Assembly (NCBI GenBank): GCA_040081625.1
Contig: JBEBGD010000043.1
Span: 1-41,219 of the forward strand
DNA from: Chthoniobacteraceae bacterium
Lineage (GTDB): Bacteria; Verrucomicrobiota; Verrucomicrobiia; Chthoniobacterales; Chthoniobacteraceae
Direction: 5' to 3'
Length of the DNA: 41,219 bases
Part shown: positions 18,753 to 27,646 of the stretch, piece after piece
How positions within the stretch are numbered: position 1 is the first letter of the stretch
How the letters are laid out: every line of letters starts with the position of its first letter
Made by a program: the position numbers and the translations under genes
Notes under the pieces: model-generated
The model's database searches: none
Told to the model about the DNA's origin: nothing
What the model saw: only the letters and a program-made list of their open reading frames with translations

Positions 18753-19855
18753 AAATGGATCGGCCCGTCGCCGTCGGCGCGGTTGAAGTGCAGCGTCGGC
18801 AGAGACTCCGCGAGCGGACCGAGACGCTCCGCGAGCTGTGGTGATGCGGCGAAGATGAAGTTCGACGGCCCGCTCAAGTAACCGTTCGCACCGAGCGCGC
18901 CGAGCCACGCGACGTGCGATTGATTGCTCACGACGAGATCAGCGCCCTGCTCGCGCAGGTGCCGTGTCGCAAGCGCGACGACCGCCGCTTCCTCGCCCGG
19001 CAGCGCCATCGCATCGACCAGCGTGCCGATGCGCAGGTCGCCGAAATATTTGTCTCCGCTCATCGCAGTGAGCCGCACGAGCGCCCAGCCAATGTCGCGC
19101 CCGTCCCGCCGCGCGCGCAGGATCAGGTTCTTGTCCGTCGTCCCGCGAAAGGTCCCATTCAGCGCCGCGGCATCGCGCACCGCGCAAAAGGCATAGCCGC
19201 CACGCGCACGATCCCACACCGTGTCCGCCCACGCGCCAAACTCGTCCTGGCGGCTCACTTCGCCTCGCGGCTTCGTCTTGCAGCGCAGCCTCTGCACGAG
19301 CTGAAGCGCGAGCGGCCCGACGCCGGACCATGCTGCGATGTCCGCGATCAGCGATCGCGCACGCGTGCGGCGCAGGGGACGGATGTTCCGCAAAAACCGC
19401 GAACCTCGCAGCACGCGAAAGCGAAACGGCACCGGCGCAAGCGCCCATCCCGCCGAGGCGAGTTGCTTCGGGAGCGGCTGCTCCAGGCCGCCCATGCCGA
19501 GCGCATAAAGCAGCGGCTGCTCGCGTAGCGCGGCGCGCAGGAGTTGCACGCCGGCCATCATGTAGCGCCGGTCCCACAAGCCTTCCGAGAGCGGACCTTG
19601 ATAGTTTGCCGCGTCCACGACTTCGCCGCGAAGCCAGAACTTCTGCCGCCGCAGAGTGAAGCCGCCGTGCACCTCACCGCCATCGAGCGCGAGAAAGAAT
19701 TCGCGGAAAACTTCCGCGCCGTCGCGCTTCGGCAGCCAGCCTGCGAGCCACGTTTTGCTCAACCCGAACGGCGCACCGTTCGCCTTGCCGCGTCCATTGA
19801 ACGCAGCGACAGCGCCTTCGTGTTCCGCGCGATAAGGCTCGATGAGCAGTGGCAT
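18749..19855 (-). CDS. GNAT-like acyltransferase (probable tandem GNAT fold)
   Basis: IEPY...V.AFN start, FLALDGGEVHGG, and a second lobe with RDAAALN...ARRDGRDIGWALV...GTLVD...A..HL..QGAD. The pattern resembles double-GNAT proteins of polysaccharide loci; fold assigned by eye. Confidence 0.55.
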   Translation of the reverse strand: MPLLIEPYRAEHEGAVAAFNGRGKANGAPFGLSKTWLAGWLPKRDGAEVFREFFLALDGGEVHGGFTLRRQKFWLRGEVVDAANYQGPLSEGLWDRRYMMAGVQLLRAALREQPLLYALGMGGLEQPLPKQLASAGWALAPVPFRFRVLRGSRFLRNIRPLRRTRARSLIADIAAWSGVGPLALQLVQRLRCKTKPRGEVSRQDEFGAWADTVWDRARGGYAFCAVRDAAALNGTFRGTTDKNLILRARRDGRDIGWALVRLTAMSGDKYFGDLRIGTLVDAMALPGEEAAVVALATRHLREQGADLVVSNQSHVAWLGALGANGYLSGPSNFIFAASPQLAERLGPLAESLPTLHFNRADGDGPIHL

Positions 19856-19858
19856 GGA

Positions 19859-20776
19859 TTAGGACGAACCGTGCCGCAATTTCAGCCGCAGCCAGCGCCA
19901 CTCGAGCTCCGCGCGCTCGCGGTCGGTGAGCTGATGGATGCCGCCATTCTGCGCAGCGAGGTAATCGAGCAGCGTGCTCACCGGGACGAGCCAGCCGCCG
20001 AGCGAAGCGAGCCGTTTCATCAAGCTGACGAAGCGCTCATCGAGCCGGCCCTCGTCGTAAAACTTCTTCGCGAAGTGCGCATACACGATGCACGCGCCGC
20101 CATTCGCCGCGAGCCGGTCCTGATTCTTCTCGTGCAGCAGCGTGTTGAACGACGCGAGGTTTCCGCCCTCCGCCGACGCATACCACGCACGGGCGAAAGG
20201 CCGCGCCGGGTCGTGGTAGGGCATGAGCGGGCACGCGGCGAGTGTGTCGATGTCGCGGAAGACCCAGTTGCGCACGTAGCTCAGCCGCTCGCGGCAAAGG
20301 TCGCCCCAGAAATACGGACTGCCCTCGACGTGCCCTTCCGCGCGCGGCGCCGTTCGATTCGCAAGCCGGTATAGCGTCTGCCGCCACCCCGTCAGCCGAG
20401 CCGCGCCCCAGTAGATGCTGTCGTTGTTTTGAAAGTGATTCGACATCACGCGCGGATCCTCACCGAAGTGCTCGTGGAACCGCCGGAAGCCCTCGATCGT
20501 TTCCTCGCGCGTCGAGCTCGATCCCGCCGCGCCATGCCAGCCGATCTCGAAACCCTCGCGCTGGAGCGACTGCACCCACCCGAGGTAGGCCGGCTCTTCG
20601 CAACTCAATCCACTGAGCCGCGCGCCGGGCGCACCGGGCAGCAACCACGCGGACTTCGTCGTGCGAAAGCCGAGCTCGCCGAGGAAGTCATACACGGGCC
20701 GCGTGTTGTCTAGCCGGTCGTTATCCGCGTCGTCGAAGACGGTGAAAGCGAATCGCTTTCCCTCGGGCCAGGTCAC
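19859..20776 (-). CDS. Polysaccharide deacetylase-like (CE4/NodB-like) protein
   Basis: FAFTVFDDAD (TFDD-like), GFEIGWHG, SNH, YAHF, WLVPVSTLLDY. GTG start overlaps the ACP stop. Confidence 0.7.
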   Translation of the reverse strand: MTWPEGKRFAFTVFDDADNDRLDNTRPVYDFLGELGFRTTKSAWLLPGAPGARLSGLSCEEPAYLGWVQSLQREGFEIGWHGAAGSSSTREETIEGFRRFHEHFGEDPRVMSNHFQNNDSIYWGAARLTGWRQTLYRLANRTAPRAEGHVEGSPYFWGDLCRERLSYVRNWVFRDIDTLAACPLMPYHDPARPFARAWYASAEGGNLASFNTLLHEKNQDRLAANGGACIVYAHFAKKFYDEGRLDERFVSLMKRLASLGGWLVPVSTLLDYLAAQNGGIHQLTDRERAELEWRWLRLKLRHGSS

Positions 20777-20994
20777 GACTTCGCGAGGCGTTGCGCGATC
20801 GCCTCGATGCTCACGAGATCGACGACTTCATCGTCGCTGAACTGCACGCTGAATTCCTTTTCGAGCTCGATGATCAGATTCATGTGCGCTGCGGAATCCC
20901 ATGCCGGGATCGTGTGCGGACCGCTGTCGGGCGTGAGGGATTCGGGCGCGACCTTGAAGACGCGGGCGAGGAGTTGGCGGAGTCGGGTATCCAT
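20773..20994 (-). CDS. Acyl carrier protein
   Basis: 73 aa, acidic, with WDSAAHMNLIIELEKEF carrying the phosphopantetheinylation Ser in a DS motif. Confidence 0.9.
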   Translation of the reverse strand: MDTRLRQLLARVFKVAPESLTPDSGPHTIPAWDSAAHMNLIIELEKEFSVQFSDDEVVDLVSIEAIAQRLAKS

Positions 20995-22070
20995 TAAAGT
21001 TTCGGCTCCTCAATCGCGCGCTTGATCGCCGTCGCGAAGGCGTTCGCGTCGCCGCCGTTGATCACGCGATGATCGAACGCAACGCCGAGGTTGAGGTAAC
21101 GCCGCGGCACCGGCCTGCCGTCAGCGTCAAGCGCCAGCTCGGTGAGCACTGCGCCGACGGAGACCATGCACGTCTGTGGCGGGAGAATGATCGGCTGCAC
21201 GAAGACGGTGTCGGCGTCGAAGTTGAGGCTGATCGAGAGATCGCCGGCAGCGAGGTCTTCCGCTTTGAAAGTCTTGCGCAGCGCCTTCATGCGAAAGCTC
21301 ATCAAGTCGCGCGCGACCTGCGCCAGCGACTTCTGAGCTGCGTCGCGAATGACCGGAATGAACAGCCCGCCGCCGAGATCGAACGTGACGCCGATATGAC
21401 CGGCGCTCGATGCGCGGAATTCGAGCCCGTCGCGCAGTTCGCCGAAGAAAAACGGAAACTGCGCCGGCAGCCGCGCGATGCTCCAAACGAGCAGGTCCGG
21501 CAAACCGGCGACGACTTTAGCCTCGCGCGAAAACTCCGCGAGCGCGGCGAGTGCCGCATCGACCGCGATGCGCTTCACGAGAAAGGAAACCGGGATCTCC
21601 GCGTGCGACCGCGACACGACGCGCGCAATGCCACGCTGCGCTTCGCTCAAGCCTGCGCCGCCCGCGGGATCGCCGACGAGTGCCTCCACATCGCGCGTCT
21701 TGACGATTCGCCGGCCGAGCGCGGCGAGCTGCGCGTCGGTGATTCCATGCTTCAGCGCGAGAGCGCGCGCGGGCTCCGTGACGACAAACCCGTCTGCGGC
21801 CTGCGGCACCGCAGTCGCAACCGTCGCGCGTTCCGCGGCGTCCGCGAAGATCGTCCCAATCGACGAACCGAACGCGCAATGATCGCCGATCTTCGCAGCG
21901 GTCTGGAGCACTCCCTCCGCTTCCGCGGCGAGTTCGAAGCTCGCCTTCGTCGTCTCTAGAATGGCGATCGTCTCACCCCGCCGCACGAGGTCGCCGTCGG
22001 TCTTCGACCACGCGACGAGCTTCGCCTCGGTGTCGTTGTTATTGATGGTCGGGACGACGATGGGCTGCAT
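20994..22070 (-). CDS. 2-oxoacid dehydrogenase E2-like acyltransferase (lipoyl domain + subunit-binding-like segment + catalytic domain)
   Basis: Start ATG 22070 (MQPIVVPTINNND), lipoyl motif LETTKA, VTEPARALA, GLFIPVI, QPII.PPQ, FDHRVING. Confidence 0.88.
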   Translation of the reverse strand: MQPIVVPTINNNDTEAKLVAWSKTDGDLVRRGETIAILETTKASFELAAEAEGVLQTAAKIGDHCAFGSSIGTIFADAAERATVATAVPQAADGFVVTEPARALALKHGITDAQLAALGRRIVKTRDVEALVGDPAGGAGLSEAQRGIARVVSRSHAEIPVSFLVKRIAVDAALAALAEFSREAKVVAGLPDLLVWSIARLPAQFPFFFGELRDGLEFRASSAGHIGVTFDLGGGLFIPVIRDAAQKSLAQVARDLMSFRMKALRKTFKAEDLAAGDLSISLNFDADTVFVQPIILPPQTCMVSVGAVLTELALDADGRPVPRRYLNLGVAFDHRVINGGDANAFATAIKRAIEEPKL

Positions 22071-24015
22071 GAAAATCGCCGGCGATGCTTTGCACGATCG
22101 TTTCCGGCTGGAGGAGGACTTCGGTTTCGAGATGGCGCGCAGATGGGATGATCGAATCGGCCGAGTGAAGGAGGCGCACCGGGCGCCCGAGCACGGCGGC
22201 GACTTCCGCACCCCACGTGCCGCCAGCGGTGCTCTCCTCGGCGACGTAGATCGGCACAGTGATCGCGCGCAGCGGCGCGGGATCGAACGGATGGAAACGG
22301 AACGGCACGAGGATCTGCACCTCGATCTCGTGCTCGAAGAACAAGCGCTTCGCGGCGGCGAGGCAGGCGGGGAATTGCCCGCCTGTCGTAACGATCACGG
22401 CGTGCGGCGACGACTCGATGGAGACGCGCGCGGTGTTGCGCGCGGCGTCGGCGAAGTCGCACGAGAACAAGTCGTCGAGCGCGCCCTCGCCGAGCTGCGG
22501 CTGGGCGTAGAGCGTCTTGCTCTCGAAGAGAATGGCCGGGCGCCCGCGCGCGAAGACTCGCGGGAGTTGCTCGACGGCATCGTGCAGCGGCGAGAGCTCG
22601 TAGAGGTCGAGATTCGGCACGCCGATGAAATGCTTTTGCACGCTCTGGCTGTGCGTCGCGCCGTAGCCCCGGTGGCCGCCGACGGGGCAGCGGAAGATCA
22701 CGGGATGCGCGACTTCCTCGCCATACATCGTCACGGATTTCGCCGCGAAGTTCACGATCTGGTCGGTCGCGAGGAAGATGAAATCGCCGAACATGAACTC
22801 GGCGATCGGGTGCTGGCCGGCGAGCGCGAGACCGTTCGCGACTCCGGCGAAACCGAGTTCGCTGATCGGCGTGGAGACGACACGATCCGGATACGCGGTG
22901 GAGAGGCCGCGCGCGGCCTTGAAGGCGCCCCCGTAGGGGTCGAGGAGGTCTTCGCCGACCAGCCACACTCTGTCGTCCCGCGACATCAGATCGTGAAGCG
23001 CGCGGTTGAGGTTTTCGATGATGCGTTCGCTGCGGATCGGATGCGCGGGGGCCGACGCGGCTGGAGCCGCGTGGCTGCTGAGAAAAGGCTGGAGCCTTGT
23101 CGCTACGCACGGCGGGCGCGTGGAGACTTGCGCGACGAGTCCTTCAATCTGCGAGGCAACACGGCGTTCGATTTCGGTGAACGACTCCGGCGCGGCGGCG
23201 CGAAATTGCTCGGGCCAACTCTGCGCGCTTAGGACGGCGATTTCTTCCTCCGGTCGCGTGTCGTCACCTTTGCTGTGCGCGGCCAGGCGGCGCGTGATGC
23301 ACTCGATGACGCACGGGCGATGCTCGGTGCGGGCGCGGGCGATGAATGGCGCGATGGCTTCGCGCAGCGCGAGCGGGTCGTCGCCGGTGCAGCGCAGGTA
23401 GTCGATGCCGAAGGCGCGCACGCGGCCTTCGATCGTGCCAGCGAGATTTTGCGCGCTCGTGGTCGTCTGGGAGATCGCGTTGTTTTCCACGACGACGACG
23501 AGCGGCACCTGCCAGAGCGCGGCCATGTTCAGCGCTTCATAGACGGCGCCTTGTCCCCATGTGCCGTCGCCGATGAATGGCACCGCGACACCGCCGCGAC
23601 CTTCGCGCTTGAGCTGGAGCGCCGCGCCGACCGCGACGGGCAAACTTTCGCCCTGCACGCCAGTGGAATAATAGCGCCCGCGCCGGATGTGCTGGCTGCC
23701 GCCGACTCCGTGGCAGACCGCGCCTTCGCGGCCCATGATCTCGGCGAGCAGGCCCTCACCGTCGCCGAAACGCGCGAGGTAATGGCCGTGCCCGCGGTGA
23801 TTGCTGAAGACGAAATCATCGTCGCGCAGGAGCGGCATGACGGCGACGGGGATCGCTTCCTGGCCGAGGCACGTGTGCGTGGTCCCGCTGAGCTTGCCCT
23901 GCTGAAAGAGGCTCAGCAGCGCGAGCTCGAAGTGCCGGATGAAGAGCATCTGTTCGAGCACATCCGGCGGCGGCGCGGTCGGCGCGTGGGGCTGGGAAGA
24001 AAGCGCGTTGGACAA
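22039..24015 (-). CDS. Fused E1 alpha/beta ThDP-dependent dehydrogenase/transketolase-like protein
   Basis: HTCLGQEA, SNHRGHGH, ThDP motif GDG-x25-NN and HSKGDD (alpha); VGED, TPISE, EFMFGDF, GYGATHSQS and EES (beta). Confidence 0.92.
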   Translation of the reverse strand: MSNALSSQPHAPTAPPPDVLEQMLFIRHFELALLSLFQQGKLSGTTHTCLGQEAIPVAVMPLLRDDDFVFSNHRGHGHYLARFGDGEGLLAEIMGREGAVCHGVGGSQHIRRGRYYSTGVQGESLPVAVGAALQLKREGRGGVAVPFIGDGTWGQGAVYEALNMAALWQVPLVVVVENNAISQTTTSAQNLAGTIEGRVRAFGIDYLRCTGDDPLALREAIAPFIARARTEHRPCVIECITRRLAAHSKGDDTRPEEEIAVLSAQSWPEQFRAAAPESFTEIERRVASQIEGLVAQVSTRPPCVATRLQPFLSSHAAPAASAPAHPIRSERIIENLNRALHDLMSRDDRVWLVGEDLLDPYGGAFKAARGLSTAYPDRVVSTPISELGFAGVANGLALAGQHPIAEFMFGDFIFLATDQIVNFAAKSVTMYGEEVAHPVIFRCPVGGHRGYGATHSQSVQKHFIGVPNLDLYELSPLHDAVEQLPRVFARGRPAILFESKTLYAQPQLGEGALDDLFSCDFADAARNTARVSIESSPHAVIVTTGGQFPACLAAAKRLFFEHEIEVQILVPFRFHPFDPAPLRAITVPIYVAEESTAGGTWGAEVAAVLGRPVRLLHSADSIIPSARHLETEVLLQPETIVQSIAGDFHAAHRRPDHQ

Positions 24016-24042
24016 TTGAGGCGCGGACGCTACCGGCGGATT

Positions 24043-25188
24043 TCAGCGGCGCAAGGCCGCGAGCACGCGCTCGGCATTGCGGCGCCATGTGTGGTGCGCG
24101 GCGATCTTTGTGCGCGCAGCGGCCCCGAGCTGCGCGCGCAGGGTCGGCGGCGTGGCGAGCCTGGCGCCGAGTTCCGCGGCGCTCTCGGGGTCGAAAAGGA
24201 GCGCGTCTTCTCCGTCGGAGACGATGCTCGCGATCGCCTCCGTGCGCGGTGCGATCACGGCGCGGGCGCGGGCCATGGCCTCGAAGAGTTTGATCGGCGA
24301 GCGGAACTCGTTGCTGTGCGGGACAACGGCGATGTCCATCGCGTCGAGCCACGCGGGGACATCGCCGTGCGGCACGGGGCCGGGCCAGACGAGTCGGTCG
24401 GCGATGCCAAGCTGTGCGGCCTGCGCGGTGAGTGCGTCGCGGAGCGGACCGTCGCCGACGAGCATCAGGCGCAACGACGCGTCGGCGAGCGCGACCTTTG
24501 CAAACTCCGCAATAAGCCGGTCGAGCCGGTGCCAGTCCACGAACCAGCCGATGAATCCGACGATGGTCGCGTCGGCGAGCCCGAGGCGCGCGCGGATTTC
24601 TTCGCGGCGGTTAGGTGCGTTGAGGAAGTCGTCGCTCACGGCGTTTGGGATGACGCGAATCTTCTCCGCAGCCACGCCGAGCGACTCGATGCGGCGCTTG
24701 AGGTGAGGCGAGACCGTGATGATCGCGGAGGCGCGCGCGAAGGTGTGGCGATCCGCCCTGCGCGCGAGCGGGAGCAGCCACGGCGTCGCACGGATGCGCT
24801 CATCGCCGGCGAGTTCGTTGACTTCGATGACGAGCGGAAGATCGCGCGACGCGGAGGCCGCAGCATCGAGGAAGAAGGCGTGGCGCTCGTAGATGAAATC
24901 GAACTTTTCGCGCGCAAGCCGCGCGGCGATGCGGCGGCGGGCGACGAAGTTGTAGGCGATCTCCATCATCTCGAAGACGAACCCGGGCGCGTGCGCGGCG
25001 AGCGTGCCCAGCAGGCCGCGGCGTTTGCGCGCGAATGGATTCTCGCCGCCGCTGCGCCGCGGATCGGTGCCGGTCGGGCTGATGAACTGGACCTCGTGCC
25101 CGAGCTGCTCGAACGCGTTTGCGACGCCCGCGATGTGAACGCCTTCCGCGCCGGTGCCCTGCGTGCGGAAGTGGTAGAGGATCCTCAC
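24043..25188 (-). CDS. GT4-family glycosyltransferase
   Basis: GTG 25188 (VRILYHFRT) overlaps the upstream stop (GTGA). IYER, EVN, VIPNAV, GFIGWF..WH, VGDGP, SPIKLFEAMA. Confidence 0.88.
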   Translation of the reverse strand: MRILYHFRTQGTGAEGVHIAGVANAFEQLGHEVQFISPTGTDPRRSGGENPFARKRRGLLGTLAAHAPGFVFEMMEIAYNFVARRRIAARLAREKFDFIYERHAFFLDAAASASRDLPLVIEVNELAGDERIRATPWLLPLARRADRHTFARASAIITVSPHLKRRIESLGVAAEKIRVIPNAVSDDFLNAPNRREEIRARLGLADATIVGFIGWFVDWHRLDRLIAEFAKVALADASLRLMLVGDGPLRDALTAQAAQLGIADRLVWPGPVPHGDVPAWLDAMDIAVVPHSNEFRSPIKLFEAMARARAVIAPRTEAIASIVSDGEDALLFDPESAAELGARLATPPTLRAQLGAAARTKIAAHHTWRRNAERVLAALRR

Positions 25189-26339
25189 GTCGCGACGCTG
25201 AGCACGCGGTGGTAGGCGTCGGCGGCGCGTTGCCAGGTGAATTGCTCGCCGTGCGCGCGGATGCGTCCGGCGTCGGGCAACTCGCTGAGCACGCCGCCGA
25301 GCGCGCCGACGAGCGCGTCGAGATCGCGCGGCGGCACGAGTCGGCCGAGGTGCGGCGCGTTGTGGACTTCCGCGATGCCGCCGACATTGCTCGCGACGAC
25401 GGGGCGCCCGGTGGCGAAGGCTTCGAGGATCACGTTGGGCACGCCTTCGTTGTCGCTCGGCAGGCAGAGCACGTCGGCGGCTTGCATGAATTTCGCGACC
25501 ATCGGCGCGGCGAGCCGGCCGGCGAGCATCACGCACTCGCTCATGCCGCCGCGGCTTGCCTGAAAGGTGATTTCCCCCTCGAGCGGGCCACCGCCGATCA
25601 TGACGAGCAGCACGTTTGCGAACGCGGGATCCTCGCGCAGCCGCGCGATGGCCTGCACGAGCAGCACGGGGTTCTTGATGGCGACGAAATTTCCGACGAA
25701 GAGAACGATGCGCGCGTCGAGCGGCAGCCGCAGTTCGCGGCGGATGGCGAGATGCTCGGCGGGATGGAAGAGGGCGAGGTTGATGCCGTTGTAGATCGGG
25801 TGCAGCCGGTCGCGCGGGATGCCGGCGTCGCCGAGCAGGCGGGCGAGTTCGGCGCTGCGCGTGATGACGCCGGAAGCCGCGGGCAGCAGGCGGCTGATGA
25901 TTTCGCGCCGCGCGGGGATGCGCAGGTATTGATGCACGTCGGAGCCCTGGGCGATGGCGACGAACGGAAAGCGCAGCTCGCTCGCGAGCATCGCGACGGC
26001 GCACGAGTCGGGATAGATCCACGACACGAGCGCGACCTGAAATCCATCCCGCAACTGCGCGACCTTGCGGCGCAGCGCGCCGGCCATGAGCCGGTGATTT
26101 ACGCGATGCCCGATCTTCGGGATGTATGGCGAGCGCACGTAGCGCGGGGCGAGCACGGCGTCTTCGTCGCGCGGCTTCCATTTCCAACCACGAAACGGCA
26201 ACACCGGACGGACCGCGAGCGTAGCGATGTCCCACCGCTCGACGAGGTGCCGCAGGATCGTGGCATTATCGAGCCCGCGATACGGTTCGCTCTCGTCGGG
26301 GAAGAGGTTGGAAATAAAAAGCAGGCGTGGCTTGGGCAT
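25185..26339 (-). CDS. GT4-family glycosyltransferase (TuaC/WlbH-like)
   Basis: Start ATG 26339 (MPKPRLLFISNLFP), WIYPD, AQGSDVH, IYNGI, LFVGN, GGGPL, EGVPNVILEA, SNVGGIAE. Confidence 0.9.
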   Translation of the reverse strand: MPKPRLLFISNLFPDESEPYRGLDNATILRHLVERWDIATLAVRPVLPFRGWKWKPRDEDAVLAPRYVRSPYIPKIGHRVNHRLMAGALRRKVAQLRDGFQVALVSWIYPDSCAVAMLASELRFPFVAIAQGSDVHQYLRIPARREIISRLLPAASGVITRSAELARLLGDAGIPRDRLHPIYNGINLALFHPAEHLAIRRELRLPLDARIVLFVGNFVAIKNPVLLVQAIARLREDPAFANVLLVMIGGGPLEGEITFQASRGGMSECVMLAGRLAAPMVAKFMQAADVLCLPSDNEGVPNVILEAFATGRPVVASNVGGIAEVHNAPHLGRLVPPRDLDALVGALGGVLSELPDAGRIRAHGEQFTWQRAADAYHRVLSVAT

Positions 26340-26473
26340 CGAAGCGGCCGTGATGTAGCGGGCCGGACTCACGCTGCACAAGACAACGATCAGATTCGAT
26401 CATCCCGATCGGGACGCACCGAGCACAGCCCCACGCGCAGCGAACCGAGACGGCCCGGTGTGGCTGCGGCGGA

Positions 26474-27409
26474 TTACTGGCCGCGAATGAGCGGCAGCAA
26501 CTGGCTCACGTTCAGCGAACCGGCCTTCTGCTGGATGTCGCCGGCGTAGCGTGAGTGGAGCGTGCGCGCCTGCTCGGTGAGCGAGCCGAACATTTGCTTC
26601 ATCTCGATGGCCGAAAGGCTGCGCCCGCCCGCGTAGTATTGATTCGCGAGCCGGCCCAGGGCCCACGTCGTCGCAAACGACATCGCGGAACCGGCGATTT
26701 GTTTTCCGGCGCCTTTGCCAAAGCCGCCGCCGATCTTCCCGAGCAAGCCACCGAGCAGTTTGCGCGCGTAACCTTCGAGCACCTGCGAAGTCAGCCCCAG
26801 GCCTGCCGCCGCAAGCAGTTCCTTGATGTGGCCGCGGCTCAACTCGTGGCCGTAAGTCTTGCCGATGCGATAGACCATCTTCATTTGCAGCGGGACGATC
26901 GCCATGGTCGCCAAGGACTCGGGCAACAACTCGAGCGCGCCATTGAGAATGGCGTAGTTCAAGACCATTTGCTCCACCTGCGCGTCTGCGGCGGGCGGCT
27001 GTGGGATCGCGGGGGGCATCGCTGGATCGGAGAGCGGCTCGAGGGCGAGGGCATCGGCCGAGCGCTCGAAGGCCGACGCCGTCCCGGCGTCGAGTTGCAG
27101 TTCCCGGCGCAGTTCGGACAGGAACTTCTGCTCGGAGTCCGACTGCGTGCGATCAGCGTCGCAGACGCAGACCGCCATTTCGTAGGCGAGTTGACGGAGT
27201 TCGGGCGACTGGAGCGTCGCGGCGGCCTGAGCCAGCGACACCTGCTTGAGGAGAACCCGCTGATAGAGCACCGCGGGTTGGACGCCGGTCTGCGGCAGAC
27301 TCTCGGCGATGCGCTTGACCTCGGCCCGCTCCGCTTCGCCCTTCGCGCCGTCGGCGAAGGCCGCCATCAGCGACAACGTGAGAATGGATTCCTGTTCGAT
27401 GGGAGTCAT
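26474..27409 (-). CDS. TerB/DUF533-like N-domain fused to DUF697 (YcjF-like) domain
   Basis: MAAFADG...ER, AYEMAVCVCDAD...E..FL..L...L.L (TerB-like), then PLQMKMVY.IG..YG and FATTWALG (DUF697-like). Confidence 0.7.
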   Translation of the reverse strand: MTPIEQESILTLSLMAAFADGAKGEAERAEVKRIAESLPQTGVQPAVLYQRVLLKQVSLAQAAATLQSPELRQLAYEMAVCVCDADRTQSDSEQKFLSELRRELQLDAGTASAFERSADALALEPLSDPAMPPAIPQPPAADAQVEQMVLNYAILNGALELLPESLATMAIVPLQMKMVYRIGKTYGHELSRGHIKELLAAAGLGLTSQVLEGYARKLLGGLLGKIGGGFGKGAGKQIAGSAMSFATTWALGRLANQYYAGGRSLSAIEMKQMFGSLTEQARTLHSRYAGDIQQKAGSLNVSQLLPLIRGQ

Positions 27410-27412
27410 GGA

Positions 27413-27646
27413 TCAGCGCTGCCAGCGGAGTTGAAACTCGAGTTCCTCGCGCCCGCCTTCGCGTTCATGCTCGATGTTGAAAGCTGCATCGGAAGGAACG
27501 TGCAGTCGCTCACCGCCGACCTGGATCGTGAACGACTTGCCGGCCTCGAGCGCGTCGGCCAAGCGTCGCAACTTGGCGACGAAGTCAGCGGCCGGATAGA
27601 CCTTCTCAAGATCGCGGTTCTTCTTTCGGGGTGTTTTTTGGTTCAT
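27413..27646 (-). CDS. Amphi-Trp domain protein
   Basis: FVAKLRRLADALE, IQVGGERLHVP, IEHERE, ELEFQLRW (C-terminal Trp). Confidence 0.85.
   Translation of the reverse strand: MNQKTPRKKNRDLEKVYPAADFVAKLRRLADALEAGKSFTIQVGGERLHVPSDAAFNIEHEREGGREELEFQLRWQR

Noticed and set aside
20994..24015. Annotation as housekeeping pdhABC or acoABC
   Set aside because: E1 is fused, there is no E3, and the genes are coupled to ACP, deacetylase and GT genes, so gene symbols were withheld.
26403..26414. 12-bp palindrome TCCCGATCGGGA upstream of the GT4 operon as an operator
   Set aside because: Single occurrence and CGATCG cores are very frequent in this sequence, so support is insufficient.
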